The position numbers and the translations under genes were made by a program. A DNA stretch of 64,000 nt from the human T2T-CHM13v2.0 reference genome, Homo sapiens: the NCBI RefSeq assembly GCF_009914755.1, contig NC_060933.1, one strand, 5' to 3'. The notes beneath the pieces are model-generated. The model was not told the origin of the DNA and did no database searches. It saw nothing but the letters and a program-made list of their open reading frames with translations. Shown one piece after another: positions 22,773-36,020 of this stretch (within the stretch, counting starts at the first letter, position 1; every line of letters starts with the position of its first letter).

Positions 22773-24544
22773 TGAAGGAGGAGAGAAAGAATTCATCAAG
22801 TCAGTGGGTGGGGCAAATTAAAATATACCTGTTCCCTGCACTGGAGGCTTACCAGCTGTGCCAGTCTGGGGAGTGTGCTTCTGGAAGTGAAAGTGAGGGA
22901 TGAGAGGTGTGTGGTTTGCAGGTTGGGAAACGGAAATCACATTTGCATCAGCTCTTTGCAAAGTGCTGCCTAGCCCTCTGTCATTTTGAACCTCATAGAA
23001 ATTCATTCTCAGTGTACAGATGGGAATAGCAAAGTTCTAAAAGGTGAAGGCACTTGTCCTAGGTCATCCAAGGATGAAGACAGAGGAGCTAGGAAGATGA
23101 CCTAGTTCTAAATCACGGCTTGGAGTTGTAACCTCTAGCACATGACTGCCCATGAAAGGAAAGTATTTCCAGTCTGCATTGACCATTGTTTAATCAGAGT
23201 ACGAGGCCACAGATCGAGGTGACTGTCTGTGAGGGTAGAACATTAACCACTACTCCCTGATTAGTCTAAAGTTAATTGATCATGTGATGTGCTTTGCCTG
23301 CAGTTGGGTGTGGGGGCCACAACATGTAATAAAAGATTATATTTATTAAGTGCTTACTTTGTGCCAATCACTGCTCTAAGTTAAATACATCAATAAAATT
23401 ATTCAATCCTGAGATAAATTTTGTGACAATAAAGCTATCATTCTCATTTTACACATAAGAAAATAAAGCACAGACGGCAAGTGGTAGAGCCAGGATTGGG
23501 ACTCAGGCAGGCTGGCTGCTGGCTTCTTCACCATCACACTTCACCATAGGTACTGCTGGATCATGCATGTTCATAAATACCTGCACTGTCTTTACCCAGG
23601 AGTGGGTAAGACCCTGCAGTGAGGGGGTTGAGGGGGCTTCCTGGAGAAAGAGGTGGTGTTGGAACTCGGCCTTAGAGCTCAGGGAGGGTTGATCTCAGAG
23701 GAAAGTAAAGGACCCTGGGAAAAGATGGGTTCTAGAAATAATAGGAAAGTTTAAGGAATGGCCTGTGATGTACGGCAGAAACCAGTTTTACTAGCGCCTC
23801 CATCCAGTTGCTACTTCTGGTTATGTCACAGCCTGGACTCTTCAGGCTACTTGGAAAGGCCTTTCATGGCTTGGTCCCTGCTCACTGTCACCCGTCCCCA
23901 GTGTCCAGCCTCAACTTTTACTACTTTCCCAAGCTGCAGTTCCCTGGATACACTATTGACTAGCTGTACTGTTGCAAAATGGAAGTGTCCAGTCCTCTTC
24001 CTTCATATCACTATGCTCCTATGCTCATTCTAGCAAAGGATGATTTTCATGTCCCATGGCTACTCATTCTTGGTTTAACAAATCTATTAAAAAATGTCTT
24101 TGAGACTAACCTAAATCTCTGCTATTGTAACTTAACCTTTCTTTTCTATGCTCCTGTTCCTTAATTGTGTGTAGAAACCATTTTTGTATCCGCCTGCCTC
24201 CAAGATTGGGTAAGATGATCATATTCTATGTTCCTATAGCTTCCCTTTCTTCCCTATCATTGAATACCTCCTACTAGACTATGTTTGACCATTCCTTCTG
24301 TCTCCCCAATTAGACCATCAGGTCTGGGAGAGCAGGTACTAAGTCATAACCCTTCCCCATGACTATTGCTCCTAACTGGTATTCAATAGACTCATTACCA
24401 TCTACTAAAATAAGCATCTAACGTATTTTCAAAGAATTCTAGCAAAGGATGATTTTGATGTCCCATGGTTACTCATTCTGGATTGAACAAATCTATTAAG
24501 AAACATCTTTGAGATTAACCTAAATCTTTGCTATTGTAACTTAA

Positions 24545-25155
24545 CCTTTCTTTTGATGACTGAGTAGCATTCTATGGTACGGATATACAACAGTTTGTTT
24601 AATCATTCGCCCACTGAAGGACATTTGGGTTATTTCCAGTTTTGAGTTATTATGAATAATGCTGTTGTGAATATTTGTGTACAGATTATTTTGTGTGAAC
24701 ATGTTTTCACTTTTTCTGGTATAAATGCCCAAAGTGAAATTGTTGGCTGTATGGTAAACAAATGTTTAATTTCCCATGGTAAAATTAACTGCCATGGTAA
24801 AAACATACCATGTTTTTTACCATGGTATGTTTTTACCATGGCAGTTACCTATAAAATTTAAGCAGTTGCCTAAATATAGCAGTTATCTACAATTAATTCT
24901 GTAGGTAACTGTATGGCAGTTACCTACAACCAGAGTGGTTGTATCATTTTACTTCCCACAAGTAATGTGTGAAAGGTCCAGCATCCTCTCTGTATCCTCT
25001 CTCCAGCATTTGGTGCCTTTACTATATTTTGCTTTTGCCGTTCTGATAAGTGTGTGGTCGTATCTCACTGTGGTTTTAATTTGCATTCCCCTAATGGCTA
25101 ATCATGTTGAACATCTTTTCACATACTTATTTGCCATCTGTATAACTTCTTTGAT
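24545..25155 (-). mobile_element. Old L1M 3' fragment
   Basis: tgagtagcattctatggtacggatatac...tatttccagtttt...gtggttttaatttgcattcccctaatggctaatcatgttgaacatcttttc. Confidence 0.85.
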
Positions 25156-25254
25156 AATACAGAGATCTATTTTGGCTGCCAGGAGGTACTTCTTTTTTCC
25201 TTCTTGAATCTCAGTGGATTCAAAGGCAAAAAGTAAATCACTTAACAGATAAAT

Positions 25255-26270
25255 GATGAGTTATCGCACTTGAGTATGTGCAAGATAGTGTTCTAGGTAC
25301 TGGGGATAAAACAGTGAAAAGAACAGACAAAACCTCCTGCTTTCATGAAGCTTATATTCTGGTGGGGGGAGACGGCCAGTAATTAAAACAAATAAGTTAA
25401 TTTATAGTACATTAGATGGCCTTAAGTGATTTAGAAAAAAAAAAGAGATAGAAAATGATCTTAATTGCAATTGAAAATAGAGTTGTCAGAATAGACCTCA
25501 TTGAGAGGAGACATATGAATGAAGACTTGAAGAGGGTGGGGGAGGACGTGGAGGTGTCTGGAGGAAGAGAGCCTGGCATTGAAGCCAGTGTACATGGTGT
25601 ATTTACAGAGCAGCAAGGTGGCCAGGTCAGCTGGGGCAGTGGGTGAGGGGGAGTGGGGGGACCACAAGGTCAGAGTGATGGAGGAGGCTGACCGTGTGTG
25701 TCCTCCTGGGTCCAGGTAGGACTTGGCTTCTTCTTCACTGAGTTTGATGGGAAGAGAGGTGGTGGTGAGTGGAGTAGGGGTTCTTTGGAAGGTGATGGGC
25801 GGAGAGGTGGCAGGCTCTGATTTTACTTTGAAAAGATCATCCTGTTTGCTGTGTTGAGAACAGCCTGAAGTCTGGGAGACCCATTTGGAGACCACTGCAA
25901 TCATCCAGGAGAGGCAGGATGGTGGCTTGGATGAGGTGATGACAATGAGGGTCACAAGAAATAGTGGATCCTGGATATATTAATATTTTAAACTAGAGCA
26001 GACATAATTTCTTATTATGCTAGATGTGGAGTGAGAGAGAAAGAGAAGAGAAAAGTCTGAGTCAAGGGCTTTTTGTTTGAGCGTGGGGTGCGTAAAGACA
26101 TCTTTAATGGAGGCAGGGCAGGCTTTGGCTAGATGCTTGAGAGCGGAGATTGAGATAAATAAAGTAAGGGGACTTTTAGATGACCAAGCAGAGGCAATTA
26201 ATAGGTAGATGAACGGTTATTTGGGGCTTCCAGGCAGAGGCTTGCATGGAGATACTAATTTGAGAGTCAT
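25255..26270 (-). mobile_element. L2 LINE fragment
   Basis: gtgttctaggtactggggataaaacagtgaaaagaacagacaaa...gcaatcatccaggagaggcaggatggtggcttgga, typical reverse-strand L2. Confidence 0.8.
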
Positions 26271-26381
26271 GCTTGACACGGCACCTACCACACAGTTAAT
26301 ACTCAAAGTGGAGGGTCTCCATAAGATTACAGGCCGTCAAATCCTGTATCTCAAGTCCTTGGAGCCAGGTTTCAAAAAGCA

Positions 26382-26460
26382 TTAAGTTGAACCATCTGAA
26401 ATTGCATATATCTGGTCATTTTTGACCTGCAATAATAATAGTTTTATATGGTTGTCCTGA
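26382..26460. mobile_element. MADE2-like mariner MITE (about 80 bp, palindromic ends)
   Basis: ttaagttgaaccatctgaaattgc...atttttgacctgcaa...ttttatatggttg. Confidence 0.6.
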
Positions 26461-27799
26461 GTAACCTATTACACATACCTTATATTTCATAACACTTTTG
26501 GTGGGGTCTGAAACAACACCTAATAATCAAATACAGAAAGAATTCTGCAGCCCAACATACTCATACTGAATGTGATAGGTAACAATTCCCAACAACACAT
26601 GCCCTTTCAGGTCAGCTTTTGCTGCCAAATGCTTTCAGTTTTTAGATATTTTTGGATTTTGTTTACGGACTGGTATTATTATCACTGTTGCTGTTATTAT
26701 TGTTACCATTCTGTATGGCATTCAGGGGGTTGAACTAGGCAATAAGTAGAAGTTACTGAAAGGCAAACTTTGGCTCAATTTGAAGACTTTGTCAATACTG
26801 TCCAAAGATAAATCATGTTGCTTCCAGAGGTGGGGGCTCTCTGTTTCAACGATAAGGACAGGACCTGAATGGCCACTGATTGAGAATATTTTAGAGGAAA
26901 TTTGATTATTGGAGAAATGATTGGAGTTGATGTCTTTTATAGCTTTTGCTCCTACTGAGACAAGATGACTCTACATTTTTTCTACTTTTCAGGCCTTCTT
27001 CTCTTCATGTGTTAAATGGGGACAGGGAGCTTTGTGATTGCTAAGGATGCTTCTACCATTAACGTTTTCAGGGTCTCGTGATTCCCTGTGTCTTCTCTCT
27101 GCTTGTTGGTTGTTCCTTCCACCCATCTCTGCACATCTTTGCTTACATCCTTGTTTGCTAATAAATACATTTTTCAGAATGTCCCATAGCAATTTCCTCA
27201 TGATGTGCAAATGAGGGATTAGCAAGGGCAGCTGAGTTGGGTCAGCAGATGTTTTCTCTGTTGCTTGAGTTAGTAAAAAAAGTTCATTTTTCAGCAATTA
27301 CTTCTAGATAGGTTTTGGACTTGAGCAATATCCACAGCCTTTCTGCAAGGGTGCTTATTTGGGCATAGCCCTACTTTCCTGGACTGGCATCGATGGTTGG
27401 CAAGACCTCCCCCCATCTGGTTCTCTTGGGAAAAGAGCTATTTGATGAAATAGAAATTTTCAGTGGCTAACTCACTGTCTTCTAAGTGGCAACAGAAAAA
27501 GTGCAAACATTTTGAATAGAAACCTTTCTGAAATACAGTTTAAACTTTTAAAACAGTTTTTTTATGATTATAAAAGTAACATTTTAACTTTAGAAAACTA
27601 AAGAAACGGAAGACAATTGAGTCTTCTGCACTTATTGAATCACAAAGAGCAATGTTATTCCTATGCGGAATATGCCCTGAAAATCAGGCTTTGAGAAATC
27701 TTTCTTCTTTTCCTTTCTTCTTAATCATTTTCTTTCTTCCTGCTTTGCTTAAATCTAGCTTCCCTTTGGATTAATAAAAATTCTCAAGAGGGTGACAGC

Positions 27800-28120
27800 C
27801 AACTATTTCACTTACAGGCATATACCCGAAAGAAACCCTCACATATGTTCAACAGGAGGTATGTATGAGGAACAAGGAGCTTAACCGTAGCACCGTCATC
27901 ACAGTGGCACAAACCTGGATGCACACCAGATGCCTGTCATCAGGCAGGCAGCAAATAAACTGTGGTGAGCCACACAATAGGGCATTGTTCAGCCATCCAG
28001 ATAAAGGATCAACAGCAACATGCCTCAATGCGGATGAATCTTAACACAATAATATTAAGTGAAGATGCAAATTTCCAAAGATTTTATATAACAAAGCTTA
28101 CATAAAGTTAAAAATAACAT
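27800..28120 (+). mobile_element. Old L1 (MC/ME) 3' fragment
   Basis: atttcacttacaggcatatacccgaaagaaaccctcacatatg...aataaactgtggt...ggatgaatcttaacacaataatattaagtgaa. Confidence 0.65.
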
Positions 28121-31029
28121 GTGTGCATTTGTGGTACACACACACATATGGACATATATACATACCACTCATTGAAATGGAGAGCAAAGCAAAGATGAAT
28201 ACAGGACTCTGGGTGATGGATACCCTGAGCAGGGGGATCAGAGGGTGGATTGGCAAAGGGTTTCATATGGTGTCATTTGATGCCGCATCCAGGCCCTAGC
28301 TTTCATTTTATGTCATGGGTTACTAGGTACTTATAACATTGCAACTAATTAACTAGCTGACTTAATAAAAGAAGTCCAGGCACGAACCTTGATGACAATG
28401 TGACATAATCTGAGGATGATGATTATTCCAATTCTGTGTATCTGAGATCCAAAAACAGAAAAGAAATGGGAGTCAGTGGGCACTGTATGAGGTCCTAGTA
28501 AACTTTCCATGAATCATGGGATGAGCATTAGTGCACAGATTTCACAGTGTCTATTTTGGCCTCACAGAGAAACATTTTTAAAATTTTTTTCATAGTTCTT
28601 GGCACTGGTCCAGGCAGGTGATGTTGCCAGACACATGAGATCTTGCAGAACCTGGTCCCACTCTTAAAGCTAATAAGTACTCCCTTGAAAAAGCCTGGAG
28701 TTATGACTTTGTATTTGATGGCCATTTGGTTCCAGTTAGAATATAGGAGTAGACCTATCTCTGGGTAGATGACAAGCTCTGGTTGAAAGAGTAGGGCCCA
28801 TGTGGAGAGAGGATTGGCAGAAGTTCAGAAATAGAGAACAGCCAGCACCGAGGTAGAGAGATGCACCTGGTAGTGACAGAGCGTCTGCAATTCTGAGCCA
28901 GCCGGGTGGAGCCCAGGGAGTCTTGGCCAACCAGACAATTTCGTTGGACCCTTTATCCCTTCTCTAGCTTTGAGATTACTCAGTTTTAACTAAGAATGCT
29001 GCTAAATTGTGAGGCCTGGCTGAAGATGTGGACAATCTCTCATTCCTTGGATACCGACTCTGTGGCCCAGAGTCTATCAGAACCTGGAGATACAGATGCA
29101 ACCCAGATCTGAAGTTGGAGATTGTTATTATTTTTCCATGGTTGTAGCCATACTTCTCAGGAAGAAAGTACTAGCTTTCAGTGCTGAGCTGAGTTAGTGG
29201 ATCTTGCTATTAAGGAGCAAAGGCATTAGCTATAGACTGCGTTTACAGCGGCAGCCCCAGGCAAAGTTAGAGCTCCCTCTTTTGAGTGTGTGTCCAGCCC
29301 ACATCTCCATTACTGTATTCTTATCACACTGCGTTGTTATGATTTATTTACCCATGGCTGCCACCCACTAGCTTGTGAACATCTCAAGGGTAGAGACTAT
29401 GTCCTTTTCATTGCCAAGTCTCCCAAGTCCAGGGTGCAGTGTAGGTGCTAAATAAGTGTTTGAGGGGACACCATATATTGCACTTTGTGGCTGATGCCTG
29501 GTGAGTGAAATTCAAGGTGTGGACAGATGATCACTGGTTAGGAGGGATCCAAGGGGAATTTAGAGAGGAGGAGGGGGTGGTTTGGCTTGGGCTTTGAGTG
29601 AATTTTATGGATGGAGATGATAGGGAGAGTGAAGGCGGTGATGAGGGAGTTTTGGTATTGCTGGTGGTGGTATGGGGATATTCAAAGTAATAACCAGAAC
29701 TGCATCCCTGCTGACCCACCAGAGTGGATTCTGGCTGTAAATAGTCAGCATTGCCACTCCTGTGCCTCCTAGCTGCAGGTCAGCCCTGAAGATAATGAGG
29801 GGCGTGGGGCCATGATGGTGCTGTGGTAGAAGGGGAATAAACGTTTCAGCATCACCACCTTTATTCCAGCTCTGTATCAGGACCTTTATGTATATGACCT
29901 TTGCTGATTCTCATACAACCTTGACAGGTGGGCACTATTACCTTCAATTTTGAAACAGACCCAGAAGGGTGACACAAGTGGCAGGGCTGGTGCTGAAGTT
30001 GAGCCCAGGTTCCTAGTTGCTGGGACTGTGCTCTGTTCTCTCTGGAAGGTGTAGGCAGCAGGGGTCAGAGCCAAGACGCCTACCGGGTCTTGAGCAGGAG
30101 CCATGAGATAGGTCCAGGGGCAAATGTGGGGGAAGAGCAGGAGATATGGCTTTAGAAGAGGGCTAGCAGGGTGTTTAGGGCTGGAGTGGATAAAGCACCC
30201 TATTCAGGCATCTGTGTTCAGGAACATTCTCCTCCTTCATATCCATGGAAGCTCACACCCTTGGCATGGCCTTGCTGGGGAATGTTTCTGGAACTGGACA
30301 CAGAGTTCAGGGTCAATGGAAGGAAAAGTGCTGCTCTGGAATCAGGGCCAGAGACAACAATTTTGGAAGTGAGAGTGGAGAGGTTGAGCACAAGGTTTCA
30401 GTCACTGGGGCTGGAGATGAGTAATGCCTGCCTAGTTAGGGGAGAAACTTCATTAGAGGGATGAAAAGAAAGTGATTTTAAAAATAAAATGACAAAAAGT
30501 CAGAAACTGAAGATGCAGTTGAACACGTAAATGGCTTTAGTACCAGCTATGGTGAGAGAGAAACGCTCAAGGACCAGTTTCCTAGGGGTGCATTTTTCAT
30601 AAAAAAGTGTCTGACTGATTTATTGATGGAGGCAACACGTATAAGGGAGAGATAGAGTGAGGGTTGCGAAAGAGGTGAAAAGACTCACAGAAACAGAAAG
30701 ACAGACTGAGATGGAGGCAGGAATATACAAAGGCAAAAGAAATACAAATACAGTAACCCAGAGACACAGAGGAGGATAACAAGCCAGAGGTCCAGGGACA
30801 AAAGGAAACCGGTATAGAGAGAATCAGAGACAGGGAGAAAAGGACAGAGATAGAAAGAGGAAGGGGTCCAATGACACACATGCCCAATGCATAGCTGTGT
30901 TTAATGGAGAAAACACAGTGAAACTTCCTGAGAAGGACTGCATTCTGGGCCTTGGGGCCTCCCCAGGAGGATGGGTCTTTTGGCTTAGCTGAGATACTGA
31001 ATGGTCCTAAGTCTCTGTGCCTTCCTCAC

Positions 31030-31400
31030 TGTCTTAGTCTGTTACGGTTGCTATAGCAAAATACATTAAACTGGGTAATTTATAAATAATAGAAATTTAT
31101 TGGTCTTAGTTCTGGAGGCTGGGAAGTCCAAGATCAAGGCACCAGCAGATTCAGTGTCTGGTGAAGGCTCACTCTCTGTTTCAAAGATGGTGACTTCTTG
31201 TTGCATCCTTACACGGAGGAAGGGACAAACCAGCTCCCTCAGGACTCTTTTATAAAAACACTAATCCCAAAGGTTCTGCCCTCATGACCTAATCACCTCT
31301 AGAAGGCCCCACCTTTTAATACTATTGCATTTGGGATTAAGCCTCAATATATCAATTTTTTTTTTTTTTGGTGGGGGACACAGACCTTCAGACCACAGCA
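31030..31400 (-). mobile_element. MaLR solo LTR (MST/MLT1A-like)
   Basis: TG...CA ends; agttctggaggctgggaagtccaagatcaaggcaccagcagattcagtgtctggtga; ctcatgacctaatcacctc. Confidence 0.9.
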
Positions 31401-32534
31401 CTCCCTGACATGTGGAAACTCCTGGGCCAAAGGCTACCTTTAATACAGATTTTCCATGTAATGACAGCATCTTAGCACTGGAAGAGAGAGGCCTTGGAGC
31501 CATCTCCCATTCTCTTATCTCAGACTGCTGCTTGCTCCTCTGCAATTAACTCCAATCACCAGTTGCTCATTACTCTTCCAGAACATTATTCCTTAAACTG
31601 AGCTACCTCCCTGTGATTTCCACAGTTTGGGAGCAACACATGTGCAAATCTAGTGTTGGTTTTTCTCTTGGCTTTTCAGGTTGTTGATGACAACAACAAC
31701 CTTGTTCCCAACTATGTTCTTTCTTCTTTGGGACAATCTCCTGCATTTCCTTCACTGGTGTTATTAGTCAAGACAAGCTAGGTTATGCTGTAGAAACAAA
31801 CAACTCCAAGATCTCAGGAGCTCTCAGGAGCAAAGGTTAATTTCCTGCTCACACTATGTATTCATCACAGGCTAAAACAACTTTACTCTGCTCTAACCCA
31901 TATTCACCCCAGGACTCATGTTGATCAAGTAGACTCTATCTAAAACATTGCTGATCATGGTGATTGAAGAAAAAGAGAACACGAGTCTTCATACCCTGTT
32001 TCTGAAAGTTTCTACCAGAACTGAAACATATCACCTTCACTCATGTGACACTGGCCATGCCAATGAGGTGGGGAAGGGAAATTTGCTCTTAGGAAAGGAC
32101 AGCAAATATTTGTGAACAGTAATAGTCTACTACAATTGGTTTCTCCCATCCCACAGTTTCTAGCTCTCTATAGAAACTACTCCCCTGTTCATGGAGGCTC
32201 CCAAGCTTATTGATGTTTCTCTTAATATTTGGGAGCCAGTACAGAACAAGCCACTTGGAGGGAGGTGATGCTCACGGGGCACCGGGTGACCATACTCATG
32301 AATGGTCCTCCTCTGTCTTAGAGCTGTACCATATACAATACGTGTCCACTGAGTTTACCAATGCCATGAAGAGAGAACAAGCACACCTTTAATCTGATCT
32401 CTCTACCCACGTTAAGTGGGCCTTTATCCCTCGAAGCCTTTTAAACAATCTCATCCTTTATTGCTTAAGTTCTAGAAGCAATTTTCTTTTCTGTAGCTCC
32501 AAGATGAAAAAGGTCTTCCTTACCTTCATTGGAT

Positions 32535-33650
32535 TTTGAATGAGTGAGTAATAAACTTTTATTGTATTAATCCACTGAAATTTTCAGGATTTGTCTGTAT
32601 TAGCAGCTAGTGCCAATTAGTCTAATGCAGAAATTGATACTGGTAGTGAGGGTGCTTCATTAAAAAGAAGGATAATAGAAATGACTTTAGCTTAGTGGTC
32701 AAGAGACAGTTGATTGGAAACTGAACTGTAGACTGGAAAGATGGAGATCAGGTTATGCAGGGGCAAAGTTTTGGAAAGTTGTCACCTGTGATGACTAGAC
32801 GGGCAAACAGTGCTCATTGAACTCATCATTTCAGAGCAAGAAGTAGGAAAATAGTGTTATGGTAGCATAGCTGTATTTGGCAAGGTATTAGGAGTATTAC
32901 ACAAGCTCAAGAAATTGTTAGATGAGTTGCAAGCAGAAATTCAGAATAATAGAGCCCAGAAAGATGGGGCCTTGGAGTTGAAACAGCAGACTATTTCTAG
33001 GTTCCACACAATATGAGATGGAATTTAAAAGGGATTTACGTGGCAAGGGCCCAGTAAAATCTCCTGTTTGGGAAATGACTCAGGTCAAAGATCAAATTAG
33101 AAGTGTGGTCTTCTCATTGATTTTTCCATGTAGCCTCAAGGTAGCTGCTATTAGGTGAAGAGAGAGAGAAACAAGGTGATGAAAAAGAAAAGGAAAAGGC
33201 AGATTTAGGAAGTGTATCTTAAAAAGAACTTTGCCTGTGTTCACTGGCAAATACATCAGAAGCCTATTAAGTTATTGAGTGAAATGCAACACCAAAGAAG
33301 CCTCAAGTCTGGGCTGGACAATCTTTGAGATTTAAAGCAATCCCTGGGATGCCAGCCTCCCATGAACAGAAAGTGGATTAAGGAAACTATTTAAACTCCA
33401 AGGAGTGTTGTGGGAAGAGAAACCCCCCCAACCCCCAACCAAAGAGTGGAGCCAGTGGTCATGAGAACAATGGACAAGGCTCAGCTTCCTTGAGAGAAGA
33501 TTCACAGCCCCTCACCTAGAGCTGGAGCCTTCAGGACATCTGCCTGGCAGGATTTCAGAGCAGCTCTGGATCTGTGACTCCTGTGTGTGTCCCATTCTTT
33601 CCACCACGTGTGTTTATTGTGGCTGTCCCGTCCTGTTCCATCTTTGTATC
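32535..33650 (+). mobile_element. MLT1 LTR end plus MaLR internal sequence
   Basis: gtgagtaataaacttttattg...ccactgaaattt...gcagc...ctaatgca followed by gaaattgatactgg, an LTR/internal junction motif. Confidence 0.6.
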
Positions 33651-33736
33651 TTGGATATGTAGTGTGTGTAGTGGGGTGTAGGGGTTGTTGGCAGAGAAGG
33701 ATGTAGAAAATGTCCTTACAGATCATAGGCCTAGGG

Positions 33737-33940
33737 CAGTGACTCTCAACTGGGGGCACTTTTGGCCGCAGGAACTTTTGTTAATAGCGGAGGGCATTTT
33801 TGGTTGTCACAACTAAAGGTGGTGGTGATATTGACAACTAGTGGGCTGAAGGCAGGATTGCCATGAAACATTCTACAATGCAGGGGACAGTCCCCCCACG
33901 ACAATGAGTTATCTAGTCTAAAATATCTACATGACCAAGG
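33737..33940. mobile_element. MER20 DNA transposon
   Basis: cagtgactctcaactggggg...tttggttgtcacaact...aaacattctacaatgcagggacagtccccc. Confidence 0.75.
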
Positions 33941-35715
33941 CATTTATTCCCTTGTCTAGGGAATAAAAGGCACAACATCCCAATCTCATAGCAAGATTAT
34001 AGGACGTCACCCGGCAATCAGAGAGCCTGATGTGGAGTTGGTGCTCAGTTCTTCATTCAACAGACACTGAGTATCTGTGGAAGGCTGGGGGAGGTAAAGC
34101 AGTGGGGATTGGTCAGGGTAATTAGTGCTGGTTGCTGCAATAGACAAGCCCCCCAAATCTCACTCAGTGTCTTAAACAATAAAGGTTTATTTTTCACATC
34201 ATGTCAAAGAAAATCTGTTTTTCTTCTGATCATCAGATATATATTTTTTCTCTTATGGGCAGCGTAAGCCTGGTAATGGATTGAGTTTCCTCACTGATTT
34301 GGCTACTAGGCAGCTCATTATAACAACTGTTTCTTGCTGTTTACTGATGTTTCCTGGCTTTTCTTATTATCTGACATTCATTTGCCCATTACTCTGATTT
34401 CTTCTCCTGCCTGCTACCCACTACTGTCAAAATACTTTGGGATGAGATAAGCTATAAACTAATGAATGAAGCAAAAACATTCTTGCTGGCACATGGCTGC
34501 TGTGAAAGAGAAATCAGGGAACCACTGTGTGCCTCTTTCCTTTTTTAAAAAGGAAAGTGGAGCTTTGAGTCCTGGCTTAAAGATTTACAGAATTGAAACA
34601 TTTTGGGGTTGGGATCTTCAAACAGCTTTTCTTTTTGCATTCTGTAGTTTTACTTACCCATGTTAAGTTGCTATTTTAACAATCCAGAGTCTCATTTGCT
34701 TTAGCTGAGCAAGGGAGGAGACAAGAAACCAAGGTCTTTTCTCCAAGATCTTTTGGGGAATCACTTCATGCAAATGTCTTTGTATCAGAAGGAAACTGTC
34801 TGAAGGTCAGCCCCCTCTCCACTCCTGAAAAGGCATAATTCAGAGTTGGCATTTTTAGTTTTGCTTTTCTATTTCCAAATATGAAACAGACAAGGAGTCA
34901 GGAGACCCATCACGAACTTGCTATGTGACTTCAGGCTGTTCACTCCCCTGTCTCTGGTCTCCAGGAAAACAAGAGGGCTGAGAATCCACCCAGATCCATG
35001 GTTTTTGTGTATCTGGGGAGTGGGCTATTCCATTGAAATGTGTGTTTTGATGATCATGGCTAAGTGGGACTTTAGTGACTCAAACCCTGTGTTCAGATGA
35101 AGCCTGCTCAGATTTCTCCTATAAGCGTAGAAGAAATGAGGGTTTTGGAGGCCCAGGCTGGGGTCTCACTGGACAGTCTTGAGAGGTGGGAGTGAATGTG
35201 AACTCTGGAGCACATTGGTTTCCACGTGTCCCTCTGTTGTGTAACCCCAGGCAAATCATGGAGCCTCCTTAGGCCTCAGAGTCCTCATGGACTACAACAG
35301 GATGACAGAACTACTTGTTATGAAGAATAAGTGACATGATGCTCATAAAGTCCTGGGTACATTCTGTAATTCACGTTCTTGATTACTGCCCTTCATTGGG
35401 TCAGATGTGGCTGGGTTGGGGTATGACCACCAGGAGGACTGGGCCAGGATGCCCTCACCCAGGGCACCACTGACTGGCCTCTTTCCCCTTGAAAGAGGTT
35501 AGAAAATAGTTGCCCCAGCAACTCTCCCTGAACAAAGAGCAAGAAGGATACAGAAACATCTTTACTGTTAAGGTTCCAGACAGCCAGCTTGCAATTTGCA
35601 GGGTCTTCTTCCTCTCCATCCAAATGTTCCTCGAGACACAAGCCGCTTTTCCTTTCTGGATTTCCATTTTCTCCTCTGTAAAATGAATAAGTTAGATTAG
35701 ATCGTTCCTAATCTA

Positions 35716-35846
35716 TCTGGGTGCAGTGGCATGTGCCTGTAATCCCAGCTACTTGGGAGGCTGAGGCAGGAGGATTGCTTGAGCCCAGGGGTTTGAGACG
35801 AGGCCAGGCAACATAGTGGGGCCCTGTGTCAATAAAGGGAAAAAAA
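35716..35846 (+). mobile_element. FLAM (free left Alu monomer)
   Basis: Single Alu monomer, ggaggattgcttgagcccagg...gtttgagac...ggcaacatagtg, with a short A tail. Confidence 0.8.
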
Positions 35847-35859
35847 TGTGTGCCTCTTA

Positions 35860-36020
35860 TCTAATCTTGGCACTACTGGCATTTTAGACCAAGTAATTCT
35901 TTGTTGATCTGTGCACTGTAGGACGTTTAGCAGCTTCCCTGCCTCTGCCTACTAGAAGCCAGTAGCAACCTTCTCCTGAGTTGTGACAACCACAAATTTG
36001 GCAAGAGATTGCCAAATGCT
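35860..36020. mobile_element. MER20 fragment
   Basis: ggcactactggcattttagacc...taattctttgttg...gttgtgacaaccacaaat. Confidence 0.7.

Larger units (their letters stand above)
22450..22960 (-). promoter_or_regulatory. TNFSF15: TNFSF15 5'UTR and proximal promoter
   Basis: TATA-like TATTTAAT (minus, 22501-22508); second TATATAAA (22711-22718); kB GGGACTTTCC (22763-22772); GGAAGTGAAAGTGA ETS/IRF (22883-22896); GAAACGGAAA ISRE core (22927-22936); octamer ATTTGCAT (22941-22948). Confidence 0.8.

Noticed and set aside
22229-22903. 224-aa plus-strand ORF antisense to exon 1 and the promoter
   Set aside because: Shadow of a GC-rich exon plus a poly(A)/AAG tract translated as poly-K/R; no recognisable domain.
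30600-30890. Hydrophobic Ser/Leu-rich minus-strand ORFs
   Set aside because: Translation of a low-complexity GA-rich tract.
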